The position numbers and the translations under genes are program-made. The notes below the pieces were generated by a model that had not been told where the DNA came from, ran no database searches, and saw only the letters and a program-made list of their open reading frames with translations. From NCBI GenBank assembly GCA_951406725.2, contig OX597822.1:17050001-17114000 (forward strand): 64,000 nucleotides of DNA. Reading direction: 5' to 3'. Position 1 is the first letter of the stretch. Each line of letters begins with the position of its first letter. This document shows positions 1 to 12,812 of this stretch, one piece after another. The stretch comes from Octopus vulgaris (taxonomy: Eukaryota).

Positions 1-1104
1 GGATGTCAGTCATCGAATTGATTTTGATTTTGATTTCACTTGCCTCAACAGGTCTTCGCAAGCAAAGTTTAGTGACCAAAGAAGGAAAAGGTATGCGTAA
101 GCGAGCTGGTTACGCTCCTGGCATAGGCCACAGGTAATGGTCTCATCTGGCTTGCCGGATCTTCTCGAGCACAGCATATTTCCAAAGGTCTCGGTCGCTA
201 GTCATTTCCTTGGTGAGGCCTAATGTTTGAAGGTCATGTTTCACCACTTCATCATAGGTCTTCCTGGGTCTACCTCTTCCACAGCTTCCCTGAACAGCTA
301 GGGTGTGGCACTTTTTCACACGGCTATCCTCATCCATTCTCACCACATGACCATACCAGCGCAGTCATCTCTCTTGCACACCACATCTAATGCTTCTTAG
401 GTCCAGCTTTTCTCTCAAGGTACTTACAACTCTGTTGAGTATGCACACTGACATTACACATCCATCGGATCATACTGGCTTCATTCCTTGTGAGCTTATG
501 CATATGTTTCACTGCCGTGTAGCATGGCTGTTTGTACACATGCATCACACAGTCTACCTTTTACTCTGAGCGAGAGGCCCTTTGTCACCAACAGAGGTAA
601 GAGCTCTTTGAACTTTGCCCAAGCTATTCTTATTCTAGCAGCTACACTTTCAGTGCACTCTCCTCCGCTACTGATTTGGTCACCTAGATAATGGAAGCTA
701 TCAACTACTTCTAGTTTTCCTCCCTGGGTCGTGGCGGAAGTTGGTCTCTGCACATTTTCAGTGTTTATCAATCCCAAGCATCTGCCACATACAAAAACTA
801 TCTTCCCAGTTAGCCTTCCTTTGATATTACTGCACCTCTTATGTGTCCATAACTTACACAGGGTACATCTTCTAGAGTTTTTACCTACACCTTTACTACA
901 GATCAAGCAGGGCCATCTACCTGAAGGGATTTGGGGTTTTCCTGCCTTCCTACTTATTAGGACTTTGGTTTTAGCTAGGTTGATTCTAAGGCCCTTCGAT
1001 TCTAATCCTTGTTTCCACACTTGAAACTTCTCCTCTAGTTCTGATAGCAACTCAGCAATTAGACCAAGGTCATCAGCATAGAGGAGCTCCCAGGGGCATC
1101 CTGT
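1..1104 (-). mobile_element. RTE-clade LINE, 5'-truncated 3' part (RT palm/thumb with inserted PHD-like finger), disrupted
   Basis: Minus strand reads [15 protein letters not shown] (~1060-1104); ORF 496..1050 has INLAKTKV, a C4HC3 finger, VDSFHYLG and MLHGSET; ORF 143..346 has GRGRPRKT..EVVKHDL. Homologous to the copy at 54099..55789. Confidence 0.9.
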
Positions 1105-1142
1105 TTGATATACATATATATATATATATGTATATATATATG

Positions 1143-1173
<31 letters not shown>

Positions 1174-1795
1174 ATGTATGTATATGTATGTATGTATGTA
1201 TATATATATTCATGTGTGTGTGATGATGATGTATATATATATATATATATATACTTCTTTTATGAGTTTATTTCTTTTCTGTGCATCAGCCATATGGCTG
1301 CAGTCATGCTGGAACAACACTTTGACATTGTACTCTTTCCACAACTGTCCCATGTGGTTGATTTCTTCTGCGTGGTGGGATTTCATATCTTTAAGAAAAT
1401 AACCTGTTGTTTGACTAGAATTTCACTCTTTCAATCTCAACAGAAACAGCACAAGTATAATATTGAAAATTGTTGCTCATACACAAAAGTGGTAACCAAG
1501 GAAACCAGTTTTCGTATAATGCCATCTGAAGCTGAAGGAAAAAATCTAAATATTTATACATATTGAGAAAGTAAAATTGAATTTAAAAAAGAAAACAGTT
1601 GTAAAACATTAAAAATACTAATAAATATAAACTGATAAATATTAATAAGAAGTTAAATAAATAAGTAAATACATTAAATATGTGCATAAATAATGAAACA
1701 GATGAAACGGTTTTGAGATAAAGCAACACAATTGCACACAACACTGTTTTACACGAGAATACACAAATGAATGTGTTTATATATGTGTGTATATA

Positions 1796-2955
1796 CAGGG
1801 GTTGGACAAAATAATGGAAACACCTAGCATCATAGCATCATAATTTTGAAATATCTTTAAACTCATCAAAAGCTTGTTTATTTTTATGCTTTTTTTAAAT
1901 TTATTATTAGTGTTGCTTAATATGTTTTGTTAAAATTGCTGTTTCTTTTCAGATATCATCAGAAAAAGGTAATTAAATTCATTAGAATGACAGATCTATC
2001 GGACTTTCAAAGAGGTCAAATTGTTGGTGCACGTATGGCAGGCACTAGTGTAATGAAAACAGATGAAATGTTTGGTGTATCAAGAAGTACTGTCTCGAAA
2101 GTAATGACAGCCTTTGAGAAAGAGGGAAAAACCTCCTCATCGAAACAAAACTCCAGAAGAAAGCCAAAACTTTCAGATAGGGACCGTCGGACTCTTACAT
2201 GAATTGTTAGAAAAGATCACAAAAGTACAGCTCCCAAAAAATACAGCAGAGCTTGATGACCTCGAGAACTCAGTTTCCACAAAAACTGTTCGTTTCGCGG
2301 AGGGTGGGTGGGTGGGGCTGCAATCAGAAAACCACTACATTAAAAAACAAACATTACAAAGCATTGGTCCCTAGAGCAGTGGAAGAATGTTATTTTCTTG
2401 GGCGAGTCATCGTTTACCTTATTTCTGACCACCAGCCGAGTATATGTGTGGAAACACCCAAAAGAAGCATTTGACCTAGACTGCCTTCTTCCAACTGTTA
2501 AACATGGAAGGGGATCTGTGATGATCTGCAGGGGGGGGGGGGGCTATATTTTGGAAATCTGCTAGCCCAATGGTTTCCCTTCATTTTATCTGATCAAATT
2601 CATCCTATGGTTGTGGAACTGCTTCTGGAGGGAAATGCAACTTTTCAGGATGATAATGCACCAATTCACACTGCTGAAGTTGTTACTGAATGGCATGAGG
2701 AACATTCTAGTGAAGGTGAACATCTTATCTGGCCACCACAATCCCTAGATCTCAATATTATTGAACATTTATGGTGCATTTTAGAAAAACAAGGAGTCAA
2801 TACTCCATCATCACTACAAGAACTGGAGACTGTTTTGTATGAGTGCATACCTTGCAGAATTCAAGCTGCCATTACTGCCAAAGGCAGTCCTGCCCCATAT
2901 TAAAATAAATTTGCTTGAAATTTTAAAGTGTTTCTATTATTTTGTCCAACCCCTG
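1796..2955 (+). mobile_element. Tc1-like DNA transposon, DD36E (Incomer-type), decayed transposase
   Basis: TA|CAGGGGTTGGACAAAATAATGGAAACAC ... GTGTTTCTATTATTTTGTCCAACCCCTG|TA terminal inverted repeats, 1160 bp. Transposase pieces MTDLSDFQRGQIVGARMAG (ATG 1987), TVKHGRGSVMI and FQDDNAPIH...WPPQSLDLNIIEHLW...KGSPAPY (to 2903), with stops, frameshifts and deletions. Confidence 0.92.
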
Positions 2956-2959
2956 TATA

Positions 2960-3310
2960 TTCTTTTATTCTTTTATTTGTTTTGGTCATGAAATGTCCCA
3001 GTGGCGATATTGTCCAAACCCTCATCACCACTGATGTGTCCCATGATGACGATGTATTTTTGGTCCAAACGGTGTACCATTGCTGACTGACTCTACTGAC
3101 CGTATCAGTCCACTATCTATTAGTAGTGGATCAGCCCACTTCTCACCACAACAGGTCATTTGACTGGCCATGCTGGAACATTGCCTTTTGTCAAACAAAT
3201 CGACCCACAGGACTTATTCTTTGTAAGCCTAGTACTTATTCTGTCAGTCTTTGCTGAACCGCTAAGTTATAGGGATGTAAACACATCAACATAGGCTGTC
3301 AAGTGATGAT
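2960..3310 (-). mobile_element. SINE family A, 3' half, interrupted by a 164-bp insert
   Basis: Matches the tail of copies at 50766 and 51293 (gtcatttgactggccatgctgg...gacttattctttgtaagcctagtacttattc). Confidence 0.7.
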
Positions 3311-3699
3311 GGTTGACTTTGCTTTTCATCATGATAAGTCAATAAAATAAGTACCAGTTAAGCCTTGGGGAGGAGGGGGTCAATGTAACCAACTGATCCC
3401 CTCCCCTGAACTTGCTGGCCTTGTGCCAATATTTGAAACTAATATACATATGGCAGCCATACAAATATGTACCCCTATATTTGTATGGTTTTATCTTACT
3501 CACTGAACTCATCCACTCTCTTCACCTCTTTTCTTTTTCAAACGGAGTATCCATGTATCTACTCTCCAGCAAGACACCTATCCCTTTCCCTCCATACCTC
3601 TAACCTCTTATCCACTGGCACAAAGCTGCCCACCCCACTACTACACCCTGCTCCCAGTTGAGGAGGTGGGGTTTTCCTGAAAGTCACCCTGTTGATGCT

Positions 3700-3905
3700 G
3701 GTCCCACGTAATAAGCACCAGTGTTGGTGCCACATGAAAAAAGCTCCCAGACCACACTCTGCAAAGTGGTTAGCGTTAGGAAGGGCATCCGGCCATTGGA
3801 AAGATACCAGACAATCTTTTATGGGTGTCTGCCAAGTGAGTTGCCTGGCATCAGATTGAAACGAGAACACCACAGCATTTATTTTGTATCAAACCCGACT
3901 ACACC
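3700..3905 (+). mobile_element. RTE 3'-UTR fragment
   Basis: ggtgccacatgaaaaaagc...acactctgcaaagtggttagcgttaggaagggcatcc is the reverse complement of the RTE 3' UTR at ~54200-54280. Confidence 0.65.
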
Positions 3906-4847
3906 AAGAAGAACAAAAAGACAGATGTGAGAGAGAAAAAGAGAAAAAGAGAGAGTTGTTCCTTGCTGTATTTGAACTCTGATTAGAGATTTGGAACTGC
4001 ATATCTCAGTAAACTATTTAACCCATCACTCTGCCACCCATCCAAATAAATTCACACCCTTGCACCCACACACTCACACACATTCAGTCTTTCAGATGAT
4101 GGAAATATTAAAAATTAATGGCTTTCAGATGTTAATCCCTATTGTTTAAGTACAGCAGCCCCTTCCATAGAGACTAATTAGCTATTGTTTCACATTCACA
4201 ATGATGACACCCCTACATTGACTACTGTTTAGCAATTGTTGAGAATTTCTAAACATTCCATTCATTGAGCAAATCTCTGGAAACTCTGCAACACTTTTGA
4301 AGCGGCAACTTAGTGTAGAATTTGAAGACAACCTGCAATTACATGTTAGATTTCATTATTATTCTCTCTTTCACTTCATTCAATAATTTTTTTCACTTCT
4401 TCCTATTTTTTATTTATAAAATTTTTTTCTCATTTCTTCCCTCATTTTTTTCACCTTTTCTTTTCATTTTCGCTTTTCATTTGGTTTTTTTTTTTATTTC
4501 CTTATTTTATTATTTTCTTGTTTTTCAAGTTCTATTTTTGGTAAATGGCATGTTGGCCACTCTTGGTTATAATAACATACAATTATTAATTCCGGCTTCA
4601 CAAATAATAAGACTTAATTTAGTGTCTGTGCTGTCGTAGTACAATTTATTATCTTCTTTGAAGATGTCTCCCCACCCCCACGCCCACCACACCTTATAAA
4701 CTTCTCTCACATTTTTATGGTCTTACTGTATGGTTATCAAACCAGTGTATTGATGAGCCAGCTGCTTGGTTGGCAGGAGTTCTTTTGTTCAAATAATAAT
4801 AATAATAATAATGATGATAATGATGATAATGATGATAATGATGATGT

Positions 4848-5059
4848 TAGTTTCACATTTTGGCACAAGGCCAGCAATTTCAGGGGAGCGGAAGAAAAGG
4901 CAATCACAACAAGCCCAATATTCGACTGGTAGTTATTGACTCTGAAAGAATGAAAGGCAAAGTGGACCTCAGCAGAATCTGAACTTAAAACATGAAGATG
5001 GAGGAAATGTTACAAAGCAGTTTGCCGGGCGGGATAACGATTTTGCCAGCTCACCGCCT
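4848..5059 (-). mobile_element. SINE family C (head ggcggtgagctggca...), flanked by (TAA)n
   Basis: Shares gaaaggcaaagtggacctcagcagaatctgaact and tttgccagctcaccgcc with copies at 28137, 38066 and 56848. Confidence 0.7.
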
Positions 5060-5102
5060 TAATAATAATAATAATAATAGTAATGATGATAATAATGATG
5101 AC

Positions 5103-5148
<46 letters not shown>

Positions 5149-5232
5149 GTAATGATGATAATAATGATGACAATAATAATAATAATAATAATAATGATGA
5201 TAATTATAATAATAATAATAATATTGATAATT
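5060..5232. repeat. (AAT)n/(GAT)n microsatellite
   Basis: Direct inspection; source of the poly-N/I/Y ORFs. Confidence 0.95.
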
Positions 5233-5237
5233 ATGAA

Positions 5238-5579
5238 GGCGCATGGCTCAGTGGTTAGAGCGTCGAACTTACGATTGTGAGGTTGTGAGCTCGAATCCCG
5301 GACCGGGCTGCGTGTTGTGTTCTTGAGCAAGGCACTTTATTTCACGTTGCTCCAGTTCACTCAGCTGTAGAAATGAGTTGCGACGTCACAGGTGCCAAGC
5401 TGTATCAGCCCCTTTGCCTTTCCCTTGAATAACAGTGGTGGTGTGGAGAGGGGAGGCTGGTATGCATGGGCGACTGCTGGTTTTCCATAAACAACCTTGC
5501 CCGGACTTGTGTCTAGGAGGGTAACTTTCTAGGTGCAATCCCATGGTCATTCATGACCGAAGGGGGTCTTTACCCTTTT
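5238..5579 (+). mobile_element. tRNA-derived SINE family B
   Basis: Head ggcgcatggctcagtggttagagcg (A box) ... gctcgaatccc (B box), then body gttgtgttcttgagcaaggcactttatttcacgttgctccagttcactcagctg shared with 23697, 39636 and 48431. Confidence 0.85.
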
Positions 5580-5727
5580 AATTATAATAATAATAATGAT
5601 ATTGATTTCAAATTTTGGCGCAAGGCCACCAATTTGGGGAGAGGGTTAAGTCAATTACATTGAACTGGTACTCATTTTATCAACCATCATGACTACCTTG
5701 ACCTTGTGCTAAAATTTGAAACCATTA

Positions 5728-5761
<34 letters not shown>

Positions 5762-5774
5762 CATTATTATTATT

Positions 5775-6300
5775 ATTTTCTCTTTATCACAGGTTTTGTT
5801 GAAACTCCTGGAATCTTGCTTGTGTGCAGCCTATTGTACCATGCTATTCATTCTTTTCAGCTATCAAATACTTTCCTGATTATTCTGGCCATTCCATGGA
5901 GGCAAATCTTTTCTAACAGTTCTACTAGGCACTCTATTCCAATTTCCTTTATATTCCTTCTGATGCCTTCTGATATTCTTCCCAAGGACCCAACAGTTAT
6001 TGGCACTATCTTCACCTTCTTCATTTTCCATAGCTGGGCTATTTCATACTTAAGAGGGTCATATCTATCTTTTCACCATCATTCTTAACTATTTGTGGGT
6101 TAGAGGGGTATGCAACATTAACTATATAGCATATGTAGTGCACCTTGTCCACCACCACAAGGTCCAGTCTGCTCTAGCACCTGATCTGTTTGGATTGGGA
6201 AATCTCAGAGGATTTTGCTAGTCTCCAACTCTGCTACTCTCTGCGATTTGTGCTCATACCACCTCATACCTCTCTCTAGCTCCCACTTCTGCACAGTTTA
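5775..6300 (-). mobile_element. R4/Dong-like non-LTR retrotransposon 3' end (RLE domain relic) abutting (TAA)n
   Basis: Near-identical reverse complement of 37600..38035; encodes RYDPLKYEIAQLWKMKKVKIVPITVGSLG; 3' end ...acaaaacctgtgataaagagaaaataataat. Confidence 0.8.
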
Positions 6301-6359
6301 TGATTAGCATTGTTGTTGTTGTTGTTTTTGTTATTATTATTATTATTGTTGTTGTTATT

Positions 6360-6390
<31 letters not shown>

Positions 6391-6461
6391 TTTTTATTGT
6401 TATTATTATTATTAATAATATTATTATTATTATTGTTATCATTATTATTATTATTATTATT

Positions 6462-6996
6462 GAGTGAGAGAACAGTGCATGTCATCAAAGTGACACTGGG
6501 GTAAAATATACGAAGCCCAATATACCCATCATGACTACCCGTCTGATAAGGGTATACTAAGCACATGCATCACAACCATATGTGTGCGACATGGTGATCT
6601 CATATCAAGATAAACAGCACATGACCTTGCAGGTGGGGCCCAGTTAGAATTTTATTCTGGTCGAGTAACCCATCCCACTCAAAAGGTCCCTGAATAAGGG
6701 TTAAGGATGTTGAACGATGTTGAATAATTCTAGAGGTGAATTATTCAAACCTCCAAGAATCCCTCTCAACATACGTCTATGATGCTCGTTATCAGAGATG
6801 CACATATCGTCAGCCACTAAGGGACATGGTCAACTGGTTAAGGTCAAACAACTGACAAGCAAATCTGTGGTATTGAGCAGAATATTTGCTGTGGCCCATC
6901 TTTTATACCAAAACAAAACAATTTACATGATAACACTTCCAATCAGTTAAGATCAGAAGCCACGAGAACCACTGCCTGGTACTGCATCAGGGCATT
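6462..6996 (-). mobile_element. ~530-bp non-coding interspersed element flanked on both sides by (TAA)n
   Basis: High-identity inverted copy at 58290..58798; strand inferred from the (TAA)n tail. Confidence 0.8.
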
Positions 6997-9059
6997 ATTA
7001 TTATTATTGTTGTTGTTGTTGTTGCTATGGCAGTGAATGGGCAGAGAGTCGTTACCAAATCAGACAAAATCTTCAGTGATATTCCTTCTGGTTCTTTAGA
7101 TTCTGAGATCAAATAAATTTTTACATCATGCAAGAAATTTCCTGAACTTTACTTCTATTCTACAAACCCTTGTAAGGCCATGATTAAGCTACAAATTCCA
7201 TGCTTGCAACATTCTGTCCAGCCTCTCCACCATCGTCACTCACACCAATTATACAACAACTGTCCAACACTTTTTGCATGTTTTCTTGCCAAACGTTACA
7301 GACTGATGCTGCTCAGTTTTTCTTCATAATACACAGACTGTGACACACACAAAATACCTTCATCCCCACAACCACCACCACCACCAATGTTCTCTCTAAT
7401 GTTTTACTATGGATGTGTACAGAAATGTGTATTGTTTGCAAATTTTGTCTTTCGTTACAAAGTCTGAATACATCCATGTGAGTAACCCATTGCTCAAATT
7501 TCTTCTATTAAATTTATCTAATTTCATCTTGAAAACTGTTTTGCACATTTTTTTCTTAGTTTTAAAACATGTATGCATGCACAAACACACAGCTTAGAAA
7601 GAACACTGCTCTCTCTCTCTCTCTCTCTCTCTCTTACACACACACACTCATACACATACATGAATCGCTTTTCTTCTTCAATTTTTACTGGCTCTTTACA
7701 AATTCAAGAGCCTTTTTCAATATTTTATCAATTCATAACTGAACAATTTCACTGATAACAATTTTTAATACATTTTTCCACATTCACAGACATATTGATT
7801 CCACAATTTTAATGACCAAGAATATCTTCTCAAAATTCAACAACTTATCAATTGAACTGAACAATTTCCCTTTTCTTTTCTGCTAATTGTATGTTTAATT
7901 TGTGTTGAATGTTTATTGTTTTATTTCGTTGCATTCACTTCCAACATGAACATGCACACACTCTCACTCTGGGTCCTTCATTTTATTCATTCGTTTTACA
8001 ACAAACATATTGTGAGGGGATTCCTGTAGCAGATATCTTCTTCAGTTTTGGACTTGGAATGCTTAAGTGCAATGTCAGATCTACTTGCCATTTGTGTTTC
8101 CACATTTGGTAATGTTGACTACCATTAGCTGTGCTACATCCTTGATCTTTATTAACACACCTACTGCCATTTTTTCCAGTCGATCATTTTTAACATCCAT
8201 TTTGATAGATGTTCACAGACTAAGGAAAAAAATTTAATTTTCACATCTAAAGGTCTAAAAGAACAGTCTAGAATCTTTTAGCAAGACTATATAACTTATA
8301 AACTCTGGAATTTGCTTCTCTTGAAAGAGTTTCCTTATTGTAGCAGGATTCTGTATGCTTTTAGACCCAAATTAATATGACAGTTCTTAACTTTCTCTGG
8401 CAACCCATTCTCTTTTATTACATAATAAATTGACAAATTATGGATATTGTTATTTATGGTTATTTAAAAAGATTACTGAAGAATTTTATTTTGTCTTTGC
8501 TTGTTATTACATCTTCCTCGGCAACATTTATAAACATCTGAAACACTGATAAAAATTGGTGACACCAAAGGAAGAACAATATAAATTATGAAACATCACA
8601 CAATAGATGTATACTGAAGTCAATTTCGACAGATTTTGACTAGCAAAAAGAGAGAGTTTTTATTTCTATACATTTAATTTTCTAAAGGAACATGTTAGAA
8701 CATTTTGCAACCCTTCTTTCATTCCTTGGTAGAAAGAATCAGTGTAAAAGGGTTCCACATAATTTGTTCACAGTATGATGGAAGTAATTCTCAGAAAGAA
8801 AATCAACTCTAATTCTTACTTGGAACTTTATTTATCGATCTTGGAAGAATGAAAGACAAAATTGCTTTTGGTGGGATTTGAATTCAAAATTTAAAGAACT
8901 GGATCAATCACCACATGGTATTTTTTTAACCCTGAAAAGCAGAGGTTCCCAAATTTTTCCTTCAAGCATACCCTTTCATCATGTCTGACAGCATTGTTGG
9001 TTAAATACTATGAAACATGCAATATCGTTTACACGGCTGGTGCAGTCATTTGCACACAT

Positions 9060-9215
9060 TTTGTGGTATTTCATCTGCCTTCAATTTCTGAGTTCAAATC
9101 CCACCAAGGTCAACTTTGCCTTTCATCCTTTCTGGGTCAATAAAATGAATACCAGTCATGTACTGGATTCAATGTAATTGATCTACCCCTCCGCCAGAAT
9201 TGTAACTTTGAAACC
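9060..9215 (+). mobile_element. SINE family C fragment
   Basis: ttctgagttcaaatcccaccaaggtcaactttgcctttcatcctttctgggtcaataaaat. Confidence 0.6.
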
Positions 9216-9351
9216 AATCTAACATACAATATTAGATGCCATTTCACAGATTCCATAAAGGAGTTGATGTATTATTATTTGTTAATTGTATTTAGAAGTT
9301 CAAATTTTATGCGGTTCTTTTTTTTTTTTTTCAATAAATACCGTTTAAGGT

Positions 9352-9500
9352 TTTGTGGTTGAGAAGTTCCCTTCCCAACTAAATGGTTTTGAGTTCGGTC
9401 TCACTGTGTGACACTGTTGGGTAAGTGCTTTTACTTATAGCCCGGGGCTAAACAAAGCCTTATAAGTGGATTTGGTAGACAGATGCTGAAAGAAGTCATT
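9352..9500 (+). mobile_element. SINE family A head, degenerate, followed by (TG)n/(TGCA)n
   Basis: gtggttgagaag...gagttcggtctcactgtgtg...gccttataagtggatttggtagac. Confidence 0.6.
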
Positions 9501-11461
9501 TGAATGTGTGTGTATGTGTGTATGTGCATGTGTGTGTGCATGCATGTGTCTGTGCATGTGTGTGCATATGTGCATCTGTGTGTGCATGCTTGTGTGAGTG
9601 TCTGTTTGTCTGTGTGTGTGCATGCATGTATGTCTGTGCTTGTGTCTGTATGCATGCATGTGTGTGTGATTATACCCATATCTAGACATTATGTGATGGG
9701 TGCATATATACATCAACATCATCATCATGCTAGTGGGGGCTGGTTATTTTCCTGTCTTCTGTTGTTTCTTTCCCCAGAGTCTGGGGAATATTGCTTTTCT
9801 TGGAAATAGGTGAAGATTGGCAACAGAAAGAGCATCCAACTGTAGAAAATATGCCTCAACAAATTCTGTTTGACCCATGAAAAAGTGGGCATTAAATGAC
9901 GCTGACAATGACAATAACGACGGCGATGGCAACAACGATGATGATGATGACGATGTCAATGTTGATGATAATGATGATGATGATGACAACGACAGCATTG
10001 GTCATTTTGGTTATGATTGATTCTTCCCTGAATCATTGTATGCACCTACATCTGGAGTCTTATTATCTTGTCTGCTAATGTAAAAACACATTTATATATC
10101 CCAGAAACACTTTTGATCTTGACAAACTGCAAGAGAAGCGTATTTAAATGCTTTCAAGCAACAAGAAGCCTACGGGCCTACATAGCAAAATTTTTTTGTG
10201 GTTTTTGTGAATCCAGAAAAGATAGAGGAATTTCTGGGAAATATTGATTTTTGCTAATGGCATTGTATTACCTTTCAGTTTTGAGAAAAATGAAAATCTC
10301 TTTTAAATGTTTTGTAATCCTTAATGCCTTTTTAAAAAATCAGTAAACACTTTGTTTTCCTGTCAAGTTAATAGACAAGATTGAGCTAAGGTAAGGTTCG
10401 TTTGGTGAAAAGTGTGGAAGAGGTTTTCTTCTTTTTCATTATTGTCCTTGGTTTTTGTTTGACAGTGAAGAAAAGAGCAACAAATGATGGTATTCTTGGT
10501 TTGGTTATGGGAAAATAAAAACAAAAAACAAGAAAAACATGGTTCATAGTTTGTTAATTATAGTTTGAATAAATGAAAGGAAATGGGAATCAACTGGTGG
10601 CTTACTGGAAAGTCAATGCCACTGTCGAGCTTTCATGGCAAAGAACTGATTAATCCTGGAAGAGGATCCAGTGATGCTATTTTAGAAGAACTTTGCAGAA
10701 CAGCTGTTGTTTTTGATAGAAATACTTTTATCATATTTGAATTCAAACTGTTTATCATTGTGTAAAATGTGACATGTTGTATGGAAGAGAAATTTGTCTG
10801 GTGAGCTGAGAGAAAGGACAATGATTGGAGAGAAAGAGAGAGAGGGCAAGGAAAGAGAAAGAGAGAAGAAAAAGATGAAGAAGGTGAATATGATTGGTGA
10901 GATGTAAAGTATTGCTGCTGTAGTGGCAGACGATTGTAAGTTAGTTGAGATGATGCTAGGAATATTGGTTAATGCATGCAAATGTAATGAATGCATTGAT
11001 GAGGATGACATGTAAATCAAACAAATGAGGCATGCCGAGAGGGAAACGTGCTTTTAGATGGCAGTAGAAGGTACCCAAGTGGATAGAGATGAAGTAACGT
11101 TTGGGTGGCTGAAGTACTTACGTCCTTTTGTAACCATCTGTCTAATGAAATGCACTTTCTGTGAGTTTCAATTAACTTTGAAAATCATTAAGAGTTTAGA
11201 AGGATTTAGTAAACTTTGTTACAATCAGAATCTTTTGGATCCATAGCTTAACAAAACTTTCTTTCTCAAAATTTGGGCAAAAGGCTTTTTTAAAAATCTT
11301 TTATCATCAAAAAGGCAAAATGGTTCAGGTGAGTTGATGACAAAAGGATTAATCTGGGCCTTAGAAGTTTAAATTTCTAACACAGAATGAAAAAATATTT
11401 AGATCCATGCAAAGATGCTGCATCAAGAAGGGTGCAAAGCAATCCTACATCTTTTTCATAT

Positions 11462-11800
11462 GTTTACTTGTTTCAGTTTTTAAACTGTGGCCATGCTAGA
11501 GCACCAGCTCGAAGGGTTTAGTTGAATAAATTGACCTTAACCTTTATTTTTCAGTCTGGTGCTTATTCCGCAGGCTTCTTTTGTCAAACAGCTAAATTAC
11601 TGGGATGTAAACAAACTAACACCAATCATCAAGCAGTGGCGAGGAAGAAACATAAAGGCACATATATATATATATATATGTTCATATATATATATATATA
11701 TATATATTTATACATATATACAAATCACACACATATACATACAATGTGAAAGGCTTCCACACAGTTTTCATCTACCAAATTCACTCACCAAGCTTTGTGA
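11462..11800 (-). mobile_element. SINE family A, degenerate
   Basis: tttacttgtttcag...ggccatgctagagcacc...ctaccaaattcactcaccaagctttg. Confidence 0.65.
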
Positions 11801-12101
11801 ATAAATGAATGATAGCTGTTGAGAAATATTATGTTGCATTTAAATGCGGTATTTAGGTATAGACAGAGTTCAAATCCTGCAGATGTCTAATGGGAAATAT
11901 TTTGGCATCTATTTGTTAGTTCACATCATGTGGGAATAGAAGTCACCTGGCTCCATTCTGACTCCAAACATCAGATGACATGGACCTTTTGTACCCATGA
12001 AACTTTAAGTAATGTGGAGCTAAGCCACCAACCTTTTGATAAGTACACACACATATACATACATGCATATACATACATACATACATACATACATACATAC
12101 A

Positions 12102-12146
<45 letters not shown>

Positions 12147-12148
<2 letters not shown>

Positions 12149-12812
12149 CAACAATCAAGGAACGGCCATAATAGGCCATTCACCCACTAGAAATAACAGC
12201 CAAAAGCTTTAACCGCAAAATAACGTCAATTCCGTAAACCAGGAGAAAATTGAAAAACATTTACCCTGTAATTTCTTAGACGATGCACCGTTTCATCTTC
12301 TGTTTAATGGAAAACTAACCTGATTAAATTAAATCAAGCCAATCTACCATAGGCCCTTAGATTCATCAGTAAGAAATAGCCAAACCGGAACAGATATTTT
12401 TCACGAGGCATTCTCATTGCTACCTCGTCAATATCTGACCTAAAATTTTCAAATCGTCGCACTCGCGCCAAATTTATCGGCAGCAAATAAATATAAGCCG
12501 CCGATTCCATTACGGAATTAACCAGAAAATTCATAATTAATCAATATAGGGTGGCAAAAAAAATTTTGTAGAATTCATTTGCCACCAGCGGCCTAGTAGG
12601 AAAAAATTAAATAGTCATAAACCATTTTTAAGTTCAACATCAACAATCAAGGAACGGCCATAATAGGCCATTCACCCACTAGAAATAACAGCCAAAAGCT
12701 TTAACCGTTGATGTTGAACTTAAAAATGGTTTATGACTATTTAATTTTTTCCCACTAGGCCGCTGGTGGCAAAAGAATTCTACAAAATTTTTTTTTTGCC
12801 ACCCTATATTGA

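Noticed and set aside
5238-5312. tRNA gene
   Set aside because: A/B boxes are present but the acceptor stem does not pair, and the sequence continues into a body shared with other copies: a SINE head.
10583-10821. Host coding exon
   Set aside because: Short ORFs on both strands, no convincing splice-site pair and no recognisable motif.
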